A stretch of 64,000 nt of DNA, counting the filler, from Gonapodya sp. JEL0774 (lineage: Eukaryota): the NCBI GenBank assembly GCA_027604505.1. It is 7 parts of 7 records of this genome, joined end to end, with 100 filler letters (N's around TTAATTAATTAA, not from the genome) between each part and the next. Parts side by side here need not be neighbours in the genome. Positions count along the whole stretch, not along the records: positions 18,995 to 28,343 come from JADIIX010000415.1; positions 28,444 to 37,790 come from JADIIX010000416.1; positions 37,891 to 47,193 come from JADIIX010000417.1; 4 more parts are not named here. The stretch is one strand, 5' to 3'. How positions within the stretch are numbered: the stretch's first letter is position 1; each line of letters starts with the position of its first letter. The notes under the pieces were generated by a model. That model did no database searches and was not told the origin of the DNA. It saw nothing but the letters and a program-made list of their open reading frames with translations. The position numbers and the translations under genes were made by a program. Positions 24,572 to 37,924 of this stretch are shown piece after piece.

Positions 24572-25792
24572 ATGTCGGTGAAAGAATAGCCTCACGTGTG
24601 GAACTTAGGACTGACCCTTACTGTGATTCTATCGGAACTAGGACACATTCTCCCGGCGGTCTACATTGTTAATTCTCATATGCGTCGTTGCCGTGGTTCT
24701 TTTAGCAGCTTACACTCAAATCAACGTGGTCGGCTCGACGTGTCCGGAACCAGTTATCGCCGAGGACTCCACTTTCCATGTTACAGCTCTGCCGACAATA
24801 CTCGATGCTCAAGCTGAACTCGATGCCTCGCTAGAACGAGCGGGTGTGATAATATCAGAAGGGTACTCTTTTCAAGTACTTCAACAAACATTGTATTACG
24901 CGATGCTTGCTCAGAGCAGCTGGATCAAAACTATCTGCGAGACTGGTAAGTGGCGAAGTTTGCTATGGGCGGTTCTGGGATAGATACTGGTCCAAGTATG
25001 TCGAGCACAACTGGGCGTAATCCATGCGCCTGCTTTGCACGTATTATGAGCACAGTCCTAGCGTACGAACATTGCTTCCATTGCTTTCGGTCTCGTCTAC
25101 TTTTGCTGAATGATTCTGCGTTCGACCTCAAAATAGGCTTCAATGCTGGTCACTCCTCTGTTACCTGGCTCTCGGCCAACCCCAACGCCGTTCTCTACTC
25201 CTTTGACCTTCCTCACCCCGAGTAGGTGAACAGAAAAATGTGTGTTTGTCATGTTTGTCACGTCTCACTTCAAGCTTCGCGCAAATCTTACCTGCCTTTC
25301 GACATCAATCTGCTTCGCAAAAAATGGGTCTTCACGTATGCAAGCTACGGACCTCCCGCCCGAGCACACATTCACAGTTCGTTTCCAGGACGCTTCCACA
25401 TTGAAGACGGAGACTCTTTGATGACTGTACCGTGGTTCCAGATGGCGAACCCCGACGTGAAATGCGACCTTATCCACGTCGACGGAGGACACTCGTACCA
25501 GGTGAGCGGGAGGGTACCCAGTACAGCTAAACTGCAAAGCCACAAGCATAGCTTTTGAAACGACTTCATCGTCCCCCAGATGGCCTACGCGGACCTCTGG
25601 ATGCTCCGCGTCATGGCGAATCGTCAGCGACACGTTGTCCTCATGGACGATCTGAACTGCCAGACACCTTCTTGCGAAGGTCCTATGAGAGCTTGGGAGG
25701 AGGGGAAGAGTCAGGGCTGGCTGCGAGAGAGGAGCTGCTACTCTTTTGTGAACAGAACAAGAGGGTGGTGTGCTGGGGAGTACGTATTCTAG
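24572..25792 (+). CDS. Signal-anchored class I SAM-dependent methyltransferase (Methyltransf_24-like), paralog 1
   Basis: N-terminal TM; ICETGFNAGHSS, LYSFDL, GDS, CDLIHVDGGHSY, VLMDD after splicing; inferred 6-nt first coding exon ATGTCG. Confidence 0.8.
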
Positions 25793-26872
25793 TATTGTGT
25801 ACAGTACTATTGCAGCCTATTTGCCGTGAAAATTTGCTACGATCCAAAACATATATGCAGTAAAAGGACGCAAATTTGGCTAAAAGCCTATCGAAGCAAC
25901 GCATCTGCGAACAACTTTGTACAAAATGCCCACACATTCGTACGACCGCTCATCCCCTCCCGCTCTGCTCGCCATCGAAGACGGACCGACTCCATCAGAT
26001 GTGTCGTATCTTGAGTAAGATCGTCGGTGAATGAGCATTGTCGAGATGCTTTGGGGCAGGAGGATTGTGAACGGCGGGAATGGAGGAACGACCACGTTGA
26101 TTCCATTTGATGCTTTTGAGGCAAAGGAGTTCAGCCGGAGATTTGAGTGTTCGAGTCAGTAAATGGCCACAGAAACCGGAAGAATGACGTTGCGGTGGCG
26201 GGCAGTTGTAATTTTGCGAGGCGTTGTTGTAGATATCAGATCAGATCGAGTGAAGCACAGGCATTAGCGCATGTGGCAACTGCGAGGAAGAGCTCTTTGT
26301 GACCGGTAAGCTTACCTGATCGGGCTTAGAAGAGTGAGACATGACACTATGAACTATGGCAGTTGTTAGTTGGATGGGCTGGGACACTGAGCTGGTACAT
26401 AGGAGCAAGATAAAGGGAATGATCGACACAAGGGTGTGCAGCGATTCATATGAGCAACGTTGATTCCATGAGTGAAGAACATTAGATCCCAGGGTCTGAG
26501 TGGGAACTCGACGCACTGTCTGGGTCCCAATTCGCCAGCAAACCGCTGTCCGATAGAGCGTAAACCTCGGGAGCAGAAGATCGCAGAAGCTTACCTTCGG
26601 ATTGCGTTTGATTGAGTACAGTCGATTTGGAAACTCAACTGAGAGTAACTGGCCTCATCTGATCGGAATCCGTCACCTGCGAAGACAGACAATCCGTCGC
26701 CTGGTTATATTGGCCACCAAGATCAAAAATTTTCTTAGCCGCAAACTGACGTTTACCAGCTAATAGTGTTTGATGCGACTGTGTTTCTATTCGAGACTAT
26801 GCCTTATCCCCGCTGATTTCATGTTGCGGGACTGCAAAAACAGAAAAAGTCTTTTCCGTCCTACCTCTGGAA

Positions 26873-28020
26873 ATGCTCTCTCCAACGTCACCAAAAGTTG
26901 TATCTTCTGCCCAACGCGCAGTAGCCCGACGCCCTCTGCTGTCTCTGCTCGGAGGTCTCGCCGTGGTCCTTCTCGTCGTCTCCGCGTTCAACTATTCAGG
27001 CGACAACCAGGCGCTCCTCGGACGTTTTGTAGAGCGCACTTATCTTCGAGCTCCGGTCATAACCATGGAGTCCGCTCCATTACCTACTATTCTCGATGCC
27101 CAATCGGCCTTGGAGGCAGCTCATGTTGCGGCCGGGGTCACAGTGTCAGAGGGGAACTCGCTGCAGGTCCTCCAGCAGACCATGTACTACGCAAGCCTGG
27201 CTCAAAGTGACTGGATAGATACAATATGCGAGACAGGTGAGATGTGTGACTTATTTTGGGGTGAAAGACGCGGCGATCTGGTGCGTCGTGTGAGAAGAGA
27301 AGAGAGTTGACGTCATCATGTCACTCGATGAAGAGCCGCCACGAGCTTACCGAGACCTCCCACCAGTCTGACTATGTTTATTTACATCTTGCTCGTTTAT
27401 TTAGGATTTAACGGAGGACATTCATCCGTCACATGGCTTTCCTCGAACCAACACGCAGTTCTGTATTCGTTTGATCTCCCACACCCGGAGTACGTCGCCT
27501 GCTACATTCAATTGACTTGCTATGACCTGCAAAAATTGTTGCGTGCTTTATTTTCGTAGTTATGGTCCGCCTGCCCGTGCCCACGTTAAATCCGCGTTTC
27601 CTGGTCGCTTCCAAATCACCGATGGTGACTCTACTGTCACACTTCCAAAATACCGAGTGGAGCATCCCGATCTAAAGTGTGACCTCATCCACGTAGATGG
27701 AGGTCATTCTTACGACGTAATTATCTGACCGTGCGAGTTAGTAAACCCAGCGAGCCAATTTCACATGCTTCTGCTCCTGTTCCCACAACACACAGGTCGC
27801 TCTTGCCGACCTTCGCAACTTCCAACCCTTAGCAAACCCCCACCGACACGTTCTGCTCATGGACGATCTCGATTGTGATGCGTTTTATTGTGTGGAACCT
27901 GTCAAGGCGTGGAAGACAGCTGTGGCGGAGGGGTGGGTCAAGGAACGGGCTTGCTTCAACTTTCACGGAAAGAGTAGAGGGTGGTGTGTCGGAGAGTACG
28001 TCTTTAGCGATGTCAAGTAG
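26873..28020 (+). CDS. Signal-anchored class I SAM-dependent methyltransferase, paralog 2
   Basis: Same motifs (ICETGFNGGHSS, CDLIHVDGGHSY, LLMDD, RGWCVGEY) and shared intron positions with paralog 1. Confidence 0.85.
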
Positions 28021-28343
28021 ATTACAGACGACAACTACAGCGCAATGGATGGAGCGGTTCAGGACGTGCCACATCATGAATGGATCGTTCGAGGGACTAA
28101 GGAGAAGTGTCGATGCAAAGAAGTGCGATTTGATAAATTTTGCATTTTGGATACGATTTTATTGCGATTGGGACATTTAGCTACGTGCGATCATTCTGTA
28201 CTACATGTTCTCGCTCCGATCTCCGTACTCGCGCTCACGAGGAACACTGGATGAGTTCACAAGTACCGACTTCCGGTGGGGGGAACGCAAAAGGAAAGAC
28301 AAATGATCTCTTTTTATTGTCCAATACACACAAAATTTTGATA

Positions 28344-28443
28344 NNNNNNNNNNNNNNNNNNNNNNNNNNNNNNNNNNNNNNNNNNNNTTAATTAATTAAN
28401 NNNNNNNNNNNNNNNNNNNNNNNNNNNNNNNNNNNNNNNNNNN
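28344..28443. other. Artificial contig-joining linker
   Basis: N-TTAATTAATTAA-N, 100 nt. Confidence 0.97.
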
Positions 28444-29017
28444 GAACTCAAGCCACGAGTCCGTCCAAGTGTTATCCTGCTCGGTTGATCCGCAGTAAGT
28501 CATGCATGAAAAACCAAACTTGCCATTAGGGCTCATTTGGGAATGGAGATTGGCTAGTCGGGTAGCAAAGGAGCGTTCCAAAGCTTTGCGATTCGCTGTT
28601 CTACGCCCAGACAAATCCAGAAAACTGGTGACCAGAAAAGCCCCACAACGTTCAGCACGTAATGCTGAAGGAGAGATCGGTGAATACGTTCCAAAAGCGA
28701 TCGGATCTGGGCAGAAGTTGGGAACCGCTGCATGAATGGCTTCAAGGGAGTGGAACTCCCCACTGAGCATCATTTCGGCAGTTGAATCGCTACACATCTG
28801 CGAGCCAGCATGTCGAAAAGAACTTGCACCGCCAAGTTGTGTGCGATGTCAGTTTCACCTTTATGAAAAACTGTCTTCCATTGTCTCCCGTTAGTTTCAG
28901 AGTGGTGGAAAAGGAGCTGCCACCAGAATGTTCGACCGTCACGATCGAGTTGCAAAGCCCTCGTGAAACGATGGCATCACTGATTTCAGGTGGAAGAGAT
29001 AGTGTAGATTGCAGCAT
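28444..29017 (-). CDS. Fructosamine/ketosamine-3-kinase family protein, N-terminal part (cut by contig edge)
   Basis: QFFIK, MLSGEFHSLEAI, CPDPIAFG, LANLH, GKFGF..TYCGSTEQDNTWTDSWLEF. Confidence 0.88.
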
Positions 29018-29580
29018 CGAGAGCTCCGGATTCTTGTAGTTGTTTGAGGGGAGTGCGACGAACGAGCAAGCAGATCTGTCCAGAACAAAATCACAGTGAT
29101 CCTCAGAGCTGTTGTTCCCGATTGGCGGGTTTTTCGAATAATATATCGACCCACTGGCTGCCGTCTTTGCTTCACTCTGGCGGGTAAGAATCTCTGTCGT
29201 GACAGAGTTTCTACGCAGATAGCTCTTCCAAGCAGACAAGCACAAACTCGAGGAAAATTCGAACTCCGTCGCGGTTAATTCTACAGAATGGACTGAGGAA
29301 TGGCGAGCCGATGTCAACACAAATAATTCGTTTCACGCATCAACTAGTGTGCAGTGTGTCTGTGGCGTTTTTCCGCCCCTTCTGTGCTGCCTCCCGTACT
29401 GGTCCAACCGTCAACGAACCTCCCAACCGGTTTGACTAGTCACTCGACTCCCTCAGTTGATTAAAGATATTCTCGGCCGATTGATCGCCATTTCAATCGG
29501 GTTTCTGGCACTGGTGGTGACGGAACATCAAAGCAGCAATATAGTACTCTCTGTGAAGTAACTCTCCTTCGAACACCACC

Positions 29581-31661
29581 ATGAACTCTTACTCCAGAAC
29601 ATCAAATCGATCACCCGGTGGTGCCTTTGAGCCCGTAGACTCCTACGAAGGAGTAGAAATGGAAGGACAGGAGAGACCGGCATCCAGAGCTCGGACTCCA
29701 GGTGGAACTGCCCACCCATCACGACCAAATTCCGCTGGGAGTGCAGTGGGAGCCCCACTGGTGCGTTTTCTATCGTTTCTTTGATTGGAACATATTTGGG
29801 GACTCACATCCTGCTCTGTTTCACACACAATTACGGATGCTGTTTTCGCCACCGGGTACCTGTTCCTATGTCGCCCTCCAGTCTTGGCGAATCGAATCTT
29901 CCTTTGCTGCCAATTTCCTCGACGAACCCGCAGAGCAAATTCCTGCCCACAACACTGGGACCGTCTCCTTCCTCATTCGACGGGGTCGTGCAGAAGAAGC
30001 GCCGGTGTCGGGCGTACAAACCGTTGCCACACCAGGAGCCATAGGAAAAGTTCTCCTTAGAACTCGAGATAAGCGGGAGGTGTTTCTACTCTGGGAGATG
30101 GCGGAAACCGACGGGCAACCTTGGTACGGACTGCGTCTGGCAGAAAACAATGTCACTAAGAACGAGAACCCGATCAAAATCCTGAAACGAGTACCGAACC
30201 TCGAGTATGACATCCGAAACATCGACCCTTGGGTCCTCTTTGGCCAAGTTCCTGAAGAGGACCCGGCAGTGCTGGCAGAAAAGCCTCCCGTCATTCTCCC
30301 CGGAACGTTGAAATGTTTCTACTGTCAAGCGGAGTCTCCAGGACCTTACGGGACCGTCGCAGAGTGGCATTTTGATCCAGCAACATTGGCGAGGTTGTGC
30401 GAAACATGTAAATTCGGATTGCTCAGTTTTGTGAGTTATTTGGGATCTTTCCATTGGAGCAGGCAGCAGCCAACCTACCGCGAAGATGCCTAAAAGTACA
30501 ATCACTAATCTTCTTTTGTGGACACTGCTGATCTTGTTCTTCGCTCGTGGTGTCTTGGACCAGCTTCTGAACCGTGATTCCCACATCAAAATCCTCAACG
30601 TTCAGATCGAACGACTCAACACAGAAAAGAAGGGCTTGGAGTATAGGGTAAGTTTGAAATGCTCGTTTCGTATTTGTCGAATATAGTCTCACCGCTGCGT
30701 TACCCATCCCAATGGTCCTGAACATTGCCATCTCCATTCCTTAATGCTGTTCCTCGCATCGTCTGCAAGATGGAGAATAATCGGGATAATGCACTGGTTT
30801 CGACCTTGCGGAAGCGTGTGCACAATATGCTGAAGGAGAACGAGGAGCTCAAAAGCAATGTAGGTCTTTCGAGGTTCCTATGCCTGGTAGTGCTACTTCA
30901 CGGCCGACCGCTCACGTCAATTTTGCTCCTTTGTTGATGCTAGGTTGATGCGGTGGTTGCTCGCGAAACCGAGCGGGTCGTCAATGACCTCAAAACCTCC
31001 CACTCCTCCCAAACCACCCAACTCACCTCACAAGTTGCGCAACTGTCCGCACAACTCGCAACCCAGCAAAAAGAAATTGATGACTTACGACAAGAGAACC
31101 GATATCACGCTGAGAACGCACGGGTGGAGGCAGAACGGGCGATGAAGGATTTGGCAGAGGAAAACAGGAGGATGCGAGAAAGGGAGGCGGAAGTGGAGAG
31201 AGCGCTCAGGCTGCTCGGTGGAGTTCTGTCTGGAGGAACGCAGGGGGTTATTGGAGCAGGTGAGCGGGCCCTCTTTGCAATGTCGCGCAATGACAATTTT
31301 GACATCAATTTGCACTTTATTATCAGGTTCTCTCTTACCCTCGAATTCTACAACGCAATCTCCCATATCCCTCTATCCCAGCCATATTGCTCCTGCCGCT
31401 GACAGGGACCCGTTGGTCTCGCCAATGGGTCTGCGTGCTCCCGGTTCGCTCGTCTCTCCGCAACCCGAAACCGACACGGACAATGAATCCATGCGAAGTA
31501 AGAGTACGAAGACGACAAATGGTATTGGTGCAGTAGGAGGAGGAAAGCGGAAAACGGCCGCACAGCTTGTTGCGGAGAGGGAGGCTGCTGCGTCGGACGG
31601 GGGCGCGGCCCCACGAGCTGGAAGAGCGGGCGGTAATAGACCAAAAAGCGGGGTGTACTAA
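29581..31661 (+). CDS. Hypothetical multi-exon protein with GATA-like C4 zinc finger and coiled coil
   Basis: CFYC..EWHFDP..LCETC at ~30313-30410; heptad-rich exons at 30550-31210; basic C-terminus. Confidence 0.55.
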
Positions 31662-31909
31662 TCCCGGCGGGTTGCTGAGAAGGCCCGGCCATGGAACATT
31701 TTTGACCTGCACGGCGATCATGGAGGAGACGTACCTTTTCTGAAATCAGTACCGTAAATGAGCGAGATAGCGTTTAGAATCAAGTTGTTCATTTTGACGT
31801 CAAATGTTATATTCGGAGCATGATCCCGTTCGAAGTCGGTGAAACGTGCCGAACTATCGCCAAGACGAAGTCAACTCCCGCCCATCTTCCTTGATAGGGA
31901 CATATCGCC

Positions 31910-33229
31910 ATGCCTTCGGACTTCCCGGATGAATGGGACCCTCACGCCGAGTCACCTTCGAAACGTTATGGTGAGTTCGATGGGAACAAGTGCTTGAATT
32001 CAAAGGTGCTGAAATTGCGAGTGTCCAGCAAAGTTCAATCAGGTAGAGGGACTCAAAGTCTGGGTTGAGGAGAACGAAAAAGTCTTGTGGATACGCTTCA
32101 ATGTGAGACACAGCGGAAGGGGGTACTGGCGTATGCGTGGTTTTTCAGGTTGACGATTGCGTCTCCTTCCGATTTCCGGTAGCGACCTCACCGTCTGAAC
32201 GCAATTACACAATCCGGCTACAATGCTCTTCATGCAATCTTGGACTTACTTCAACTGGACAGACAGATTCGAGTCGTGGTTCTCAGCGGAGAAGGGAAAG
32301 CGTTCAGTTCAGGACTTGGTGAGCTCGTCAACTTTCGTTTGGTGATTCCCCAACAGAAAAGAACTTAAGAATCATCTCTTACTCTCAGATTTTGATAGTG
32401 CCAACAAGACGCCCGGTCCGGATCACAAGACGCTGTTTTTCAATCAGCAGAAATACTCCTTGATCCCTCTCAAGCTTCGGAACATACCGCAGGCCGTCAT
32501 TTCACTCATGAAGGGGAAAATGGTAGGAAGTGGGCTTGCTTGTGAGTCTTATTATGCTTTGTTCTCTCACTGAAAGAATACAGCTCCAGTGATACATTCA
32601 CATAAATTTTACACGTCATCCAACGCCAGACGCACTCGCCGCCGATGTGCGCATTGCTGATCCCACCCTCTCCATCTCATCTGGTGCTAACCGCATGGGG
32701 CTCGGAGGCACCGACATTGCTCTGGGATGGCTCCTCCCTCGTCTTTGTGGATGGTCAACGACGTCGGAGATTTTGATGTCGTTTAGGTGGATCAATGCTG
32801 AGCGGTGTTTGAGAACCGGTCTCGTGAGCGAGATTGTACCTTCCGAGAAGCTGGATGAAGAAGGCAGAAGGATGGCGAAGGATATGCTGGTGAGGAATTC
32901 CGATATGTATTTCTTGGGCAAGTGACATGCCAAACTCACTCTACACGCATTACATTTATGCAGGAGCTAAGTCACGTTGGGTAAGTACAAGTTCAGATCT
33001 GACCGCCGTATTAGTTTGTTGACCTTGTTGCATCGCTTTTCAAATCGCACTCATTCGCACCAATAGACTCGTCGTCACCAAAATGAATCTCAATGCAGTC
33101 TCCGAAGGATCTTCTATGCGCTCAGCGATCAATTCTGAAGACATGGGACAGATCTTTGCCTCGAGCAACCCTGAAGCTCAACAAATCAACGCAAGGTTGG
33201 TGAGGAACGTGCAGAAAGGGAGGTTGTAA
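31910..33229 (+). CDS. Enoyl-CoA hydratase/isomerase (crotonase) family protein
   Basis: RVVVLSGEGKAFSSGLD, PQAVISLMKG..VGSG, LAADVRIA, LLPRLCG, INAERCLRTGLVSEIVP across exons. Confidence 0.85.
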
Positions 33230-33985
33230 CGGTTCGGTTGCGGATCAGAATTGAACTCAAACGAAGTTGCGCGCCCGGCTATTGGTATTCAACTGTGGCT
33301 ATAGCGTTCCAATCAATAATGTAACAGGTCAGAAAAATCAGTTGCGTTTCGAGCGGCATTTTAAGAAGAGTGGGGGTGGAGTCCATGATTTTCAGCCGGA
33401 GAGTTGGAAGCGGCAGCTATCGTGCTCGTGCTCTGAAACATCAAAAAGCTCATCGTCGGTCAACATACAATGTTCAATGACACTCGTGGACCTTGCATTC
33501 GGACAACCAATGGACTTCATGTCATGGCACCCATAACCTGTATGTCACCTGCATTCATCACAAAAAGATCTCCGAATTTTGCATTACGCATTCTATAGTA
33601 TTCCCTGGTCACGCTCTTCAAGTTCAAAAGCGAGTAACTCGCGAAAGAGAATCAAACCGGATTCGCCTCGTCAAAATTTTGCTCAACTCGTACTCGCCTC
33701 GTGCATTCGACCCGCAACGTGCACTCGCTCGCCTCGCGTAAATAGTGGGACTACTCAGTTTTTCGGGCCTCCAGCGGCTCTCGAATCGCGGTACAAATTG
33801 TCCTGCTTCCCGTTTGTTATGTAATTGTACGCGACAATTTTATGTATGATAGAGAAACTACATTCAGAAAATGAGTTGGAGCTACTGATTGAGTCTTCCT
33901 CCGCTTGTTTTCGCAGCACTGTTGTGACGATATCGATCATCTCGGGCATTCTTTACATAAGAAATCAAGAGTTCGAATCGGCTTG

Positions 33986-34925
33986 ATGCCCACCCTGACG
34001 TTCTCCTCTGCCAAGGCGCTCACACCGCCAGGCGTAGTAGATCGTTTGTTTGCTCTTATAACCAAATGGAATCCGGTTCGGGTGCTAATCGCTTTGAACA
34101 TCCTCGGTGCAGCTCTTCTCAGGTGGGTCACTGTAAAAACTGAATTCAATGCATATCATGACACAAAGTGAACGGCTTCCAATTCGTGATATGGGAAAAG
34201 AACCTATGTGGCGAGCAGATTGAGTTGGCTATGGCAGCTCCTTCTTCGAAAACCAGCTCCAAACCTCCTGATGGGCGAGGAGCGGAAACGCGCGGCCAAG
34301 TTCAAGCTCCTCGAAGATGAGACGGCCGGAAAGCATAGGTGGGCGAGAGTCCAGCGGCTGAATTATCTTTGAGAGAAGGTCGGGTCTGAATATCGGAATC
34401 ATCCTCCCGATAGATACGCAACACTCAAAAGCGGGATAAAAATTCATTATGTCGAAGCGGGAAAGAAGGAGGATCCTTTATTGATTCTTCTTCATGGGTG
34501 GGTCTGTTTGTCTTCATTCGTCACTCCAGGTGACATATTCGGCACGTTTACGTGGCTCAACTACAAATGCATTATTGCAGGTTCCCACAGAACTGGTACA
34601 TATGGTCTCGCATAATACCGCCACTTGCACGCAAATATCGTGTTATTGCGCCCGACATGCGTGGTTACGGCGGCTCCGACAAACCCAAAGATGTAAAGCA
34701 GTACACGTTGGATTACCTTACGCGAGACGTGAAAGAGCTGGCAGAACTGCTGCAGACGCAAGCTAGCAAAGGAGCCCAGGAAAAGTTTATTCTTGGTGGA
34801 CACGATTGGGTAAGTGAGATGTTCCGTCCGTGGGGTCCGGACTGTGGGCAACATCTCCACCTCTCAAACACATCTCTGTCGTCAGGGCGCTGGAGTGTGC
34901 TGGGATTTCGCCGCTCGGTATCCCG
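33986..34925 (+). CDS. Alpha/beta-hydrolase, epoxide hydrolase-like (cut by N gap)
   Basis: HYVEAG..LLILLHGFP..WY.W, VIAPDMRGYGGSDKP, GHDWG nucleophile motif. Confidence 0.88.
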
Positions 34926-35130
34926 NNNNNNNNNNNNNNNNNNNNNNNNNNNNNNNNNNNNNNNNNNNNNNNNNNNNNNNNNNNNNNNNNNNNNNNNNNN
35001 NNNNNNNNNNNNNNNNNNNNNNNCGTACTTATATTGTGTCCCTATGTAAAGAGGTGAGCCATGTTCATGACAAGCTCAAAATTACAACCAAGGGCTGTAA
35101 TGGGAAGGTCCTTATCCCAGATGGCACATG

Positions 35131-37790
35131 CTATCGAAGCTTACCACTCTTGGTAGGCTGTTGGTACGCCACCCTCCCCCACTTTCTCGCAACTTTGATG
35201 ACGGTATCCCACATCCACGTCTCACACACGTAGCTCACCACGAAATTGCCGATGACCATGATTCCGACCATGAACTTCGCCGAATTAGGGAGGTTCTCTA
35301 GTTCGAAGAACGCTCTTACAGACGTATGGGGGAAGAAAAGAAGGTAAGAGTTGATGACCAACAGCAGGCACATGGTGAGCACGAACGGGACTAATTTAGG
35401 AGATGATCGCATCAGATTAAAGATACTTGAGATGAAGAAACTTCAACCTAGTCCTGCCAACAGAAGGACAAGCTCACCATTGCTGAACATTGACCTCCTG
35501 TAAGGCGGTCCAACGCTAAACATTATCGCGGCGAAGAGATACTGGTAGATAGAAATCAAGAAAAGTACCGAATTCTCAAATCCGACGATGGGAACATCGT
35601 CTTCGTCGTCGTCATCCCGTATTGGAAACTGAGACCCGCCTTCACCGTTACCCGGTGGGGTGTAATAGGGCTGCTGTCGAATCCAAAAGAACCCCAGAAG
35701 CTGAAAAAGAGTGAAGATAGCGCTCTGACCGAGCATTGACATGAGGACTGGTGCGGATATCAAAGACGCTGTGGGAGGGTTCGTGTGAATAGTCGAGGAG
35801 GCTTCCGTCCACGCCACTGGTGTGCAGGTGAAGAGTTACTTTTAAAATCGCACTGATCTAACACTGTCAAATCCATACGCACTGGTGACTGCGAGTGGTA
35901 CGATCAAGAACAGATCGATGAAGAGAAACTGAAAGTCTCCCAGGTTCGACACGAGGCTGTACAGGAGGGTCACGGAGGTAAACCTGTGAAAAATTGGGTG
36001 GAAAAACGTATCTGACCACTGTGAACGGAAGGACTGTCGAGAATCTCATGGCTTACTGGATTAAGCTATAGGCTGCCATATACTTGAAACAAGAGAAGCT
36101 CGTAACAAGTGCAGCTCGACCTTCCCTGACAACTTCCAGAACGCATTGAAGATCAGGTGATCTGCTCGTGAAGGGAGCAGCAACGCTTGCCTCTGCTTCA
36201 GAAAGCGAGACTCCAACGTCGCCAGACTTCAAGGCTCCGCAATCGTTTGCTCCATCTCCACAGAAACCAACAGTATGGGGAGTGAACTCTTGAAGTTTCT
36301 CTACCAGAATCTGCTTTTGGTCTGGTGACATCCGAGCATATATGGCACCTCGGTCGAGCATTCGCTTCAAAGTGCTCTTAGGTGCAACGTTCACCATCCA
36401 TTCAAAAACGTCACCGGTGATTGCGAGGGTGAAGTCATCAGGTCGAGCATGTAGATGAGCGGTCGCTCGATGTCGGAAACGATGACGGCGATGTTTAACG
36501 GGCCTGGATGTCTGAAGTAGCGAAGGTCGGCGCTGACCAGTCGATGAAGCAAGTGAGAGTTCGCCGCTGGCCTGGCGAGCTATTCCGAGTGGAGAAAGTT
36601 GGCCAGAGTCCCCGGTGTTTGAAGTGGTCGTCGGGGCGACAGGAAAATCTCCGGGGTTCACAGGCGATGGGGAAGGATTGACACTTCCCCTTTCACTCCC
36701 ACCTGCGATGTTGATGACGATAGGGTCCAATGTACGCGGGTTAAGGATGAGGACCTCTTTTGATTTATCCAGTCCCATGTCATCACTATCCTCTTGGTCC
36801 ATGTCCAGATCCTCCCATACAATCTTCGAGTGTCGATAGTGACCACCGTACACGGAGTCGGATTCATCTGAGCTCCCACTATCGTCGCTATCCCCCGACT
36901 CCTCATCATCTTCTTCCTCCTCGTCCAAAAAACGCGGTACAAACACTCGTGTTCTGGGACCAACGATTCCACACTCGCGAGAGACCGAAACAGCTGTGAG
37001 CACGTTATCGCCTGTACACATTATCTGGCGAATGCGGGCAGTGCGAAGGGACTTGATAACAGGTGGGGTTGTCGGCTTGACCTTGTTTTCAAAAACAATA
37101 AATCCAAGAAACGACAAGTCTTTCTCAATGTCATCCCTGTCATACAGAGGATAATTCAGACGGACGTCGCTCCCTTCAGGCTCCGACTTGACATTACCGG
37201 CTCATCCGCATAGCTCTCATCCAGTTCGCACCCTCCAGACGCTTCCAGCCAACCGCGATGACTCGATACCCGTGATGAGTGTATTCTTTCAACAGAGAAT
37301 CGCAATTATGGGGGACTGAGAGAAGCGCACGGTAAGAAAAATCTTCTTGCTCGTTGGTACACAACTACCCACTTGATTCAGGTTTGCAGATCGCCTTCAG
37401 AGCCTCGGGCGCACCCTTGCAAAACACCTCAAAATCAAATGCTTGAACTGAAGGTGTCCCATCATCCTCTTCCAAACTCGGAGACTCATGTCCGACTAAT
37501 CGCCTCACTATTACGCTCATGCGTCGAAGTGAGCTGACGAATTCCAGAGTCCGGACAACGCCCAATTCCATGAACGGATAGCGTTTGTCGGCTTTTGCTC
37601 CGATCTCACCTTGTAAAACGGCAGAGGTCGGCGCAGGAGTGGACGGAACAGAGGGACGGCGGTGCTCCATCCTGTTACCAGAAACAGAAACCATTTTCGA
37701 CCAATCTAGCGGCTTTTGTCCAGGTGGGCGCACTACAGCGGGAACCATGTGGTCGATCCTTGAGCGCTCCGGAAATCTACGAACACCTCT
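35131..37790 (-). CDS. YPK9: P5B-type ATPase (Ypk9/ATP13A-like), C-terminal half
   Basis: EFVSSLRRMSV, KGAPE, FENK.K, TGDN, ARMSPDQK, CGDGANDCGALK, FKYMA.YSLIQ and C-terminal TMs. Confidence 0.9.
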
Positions 37791-37890
37791 NNNNNNNNNN
37801 NNNNNNNNNNNNNNNNNNNNNNNNNNNNNNNNNNTTAATTAATTAANNNNNNNNNNNNNNNNNNNNNNNNNNNNNNNNNNNNNNNNNNNN
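37791..37890. other. Artificial contig-joining linker
   Basis: N-TTAATTAATTAA-N, 100 nt. Confidence 0.97.
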
Positions 37891-37924
37891 CACTTTGATC
37901 CTGTGTTGACATCCCTCTCTCCCT
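37891..37924 (-). mobile_element. Polypurine tract and start of 3' LTR of the Gypsy element
   Basis: Minus strand AGGGAGAGAGGGA (37924-37912) directly followed by TGTCAACAC... at 37911, downstream of RNase H. Confidence 0.65.
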
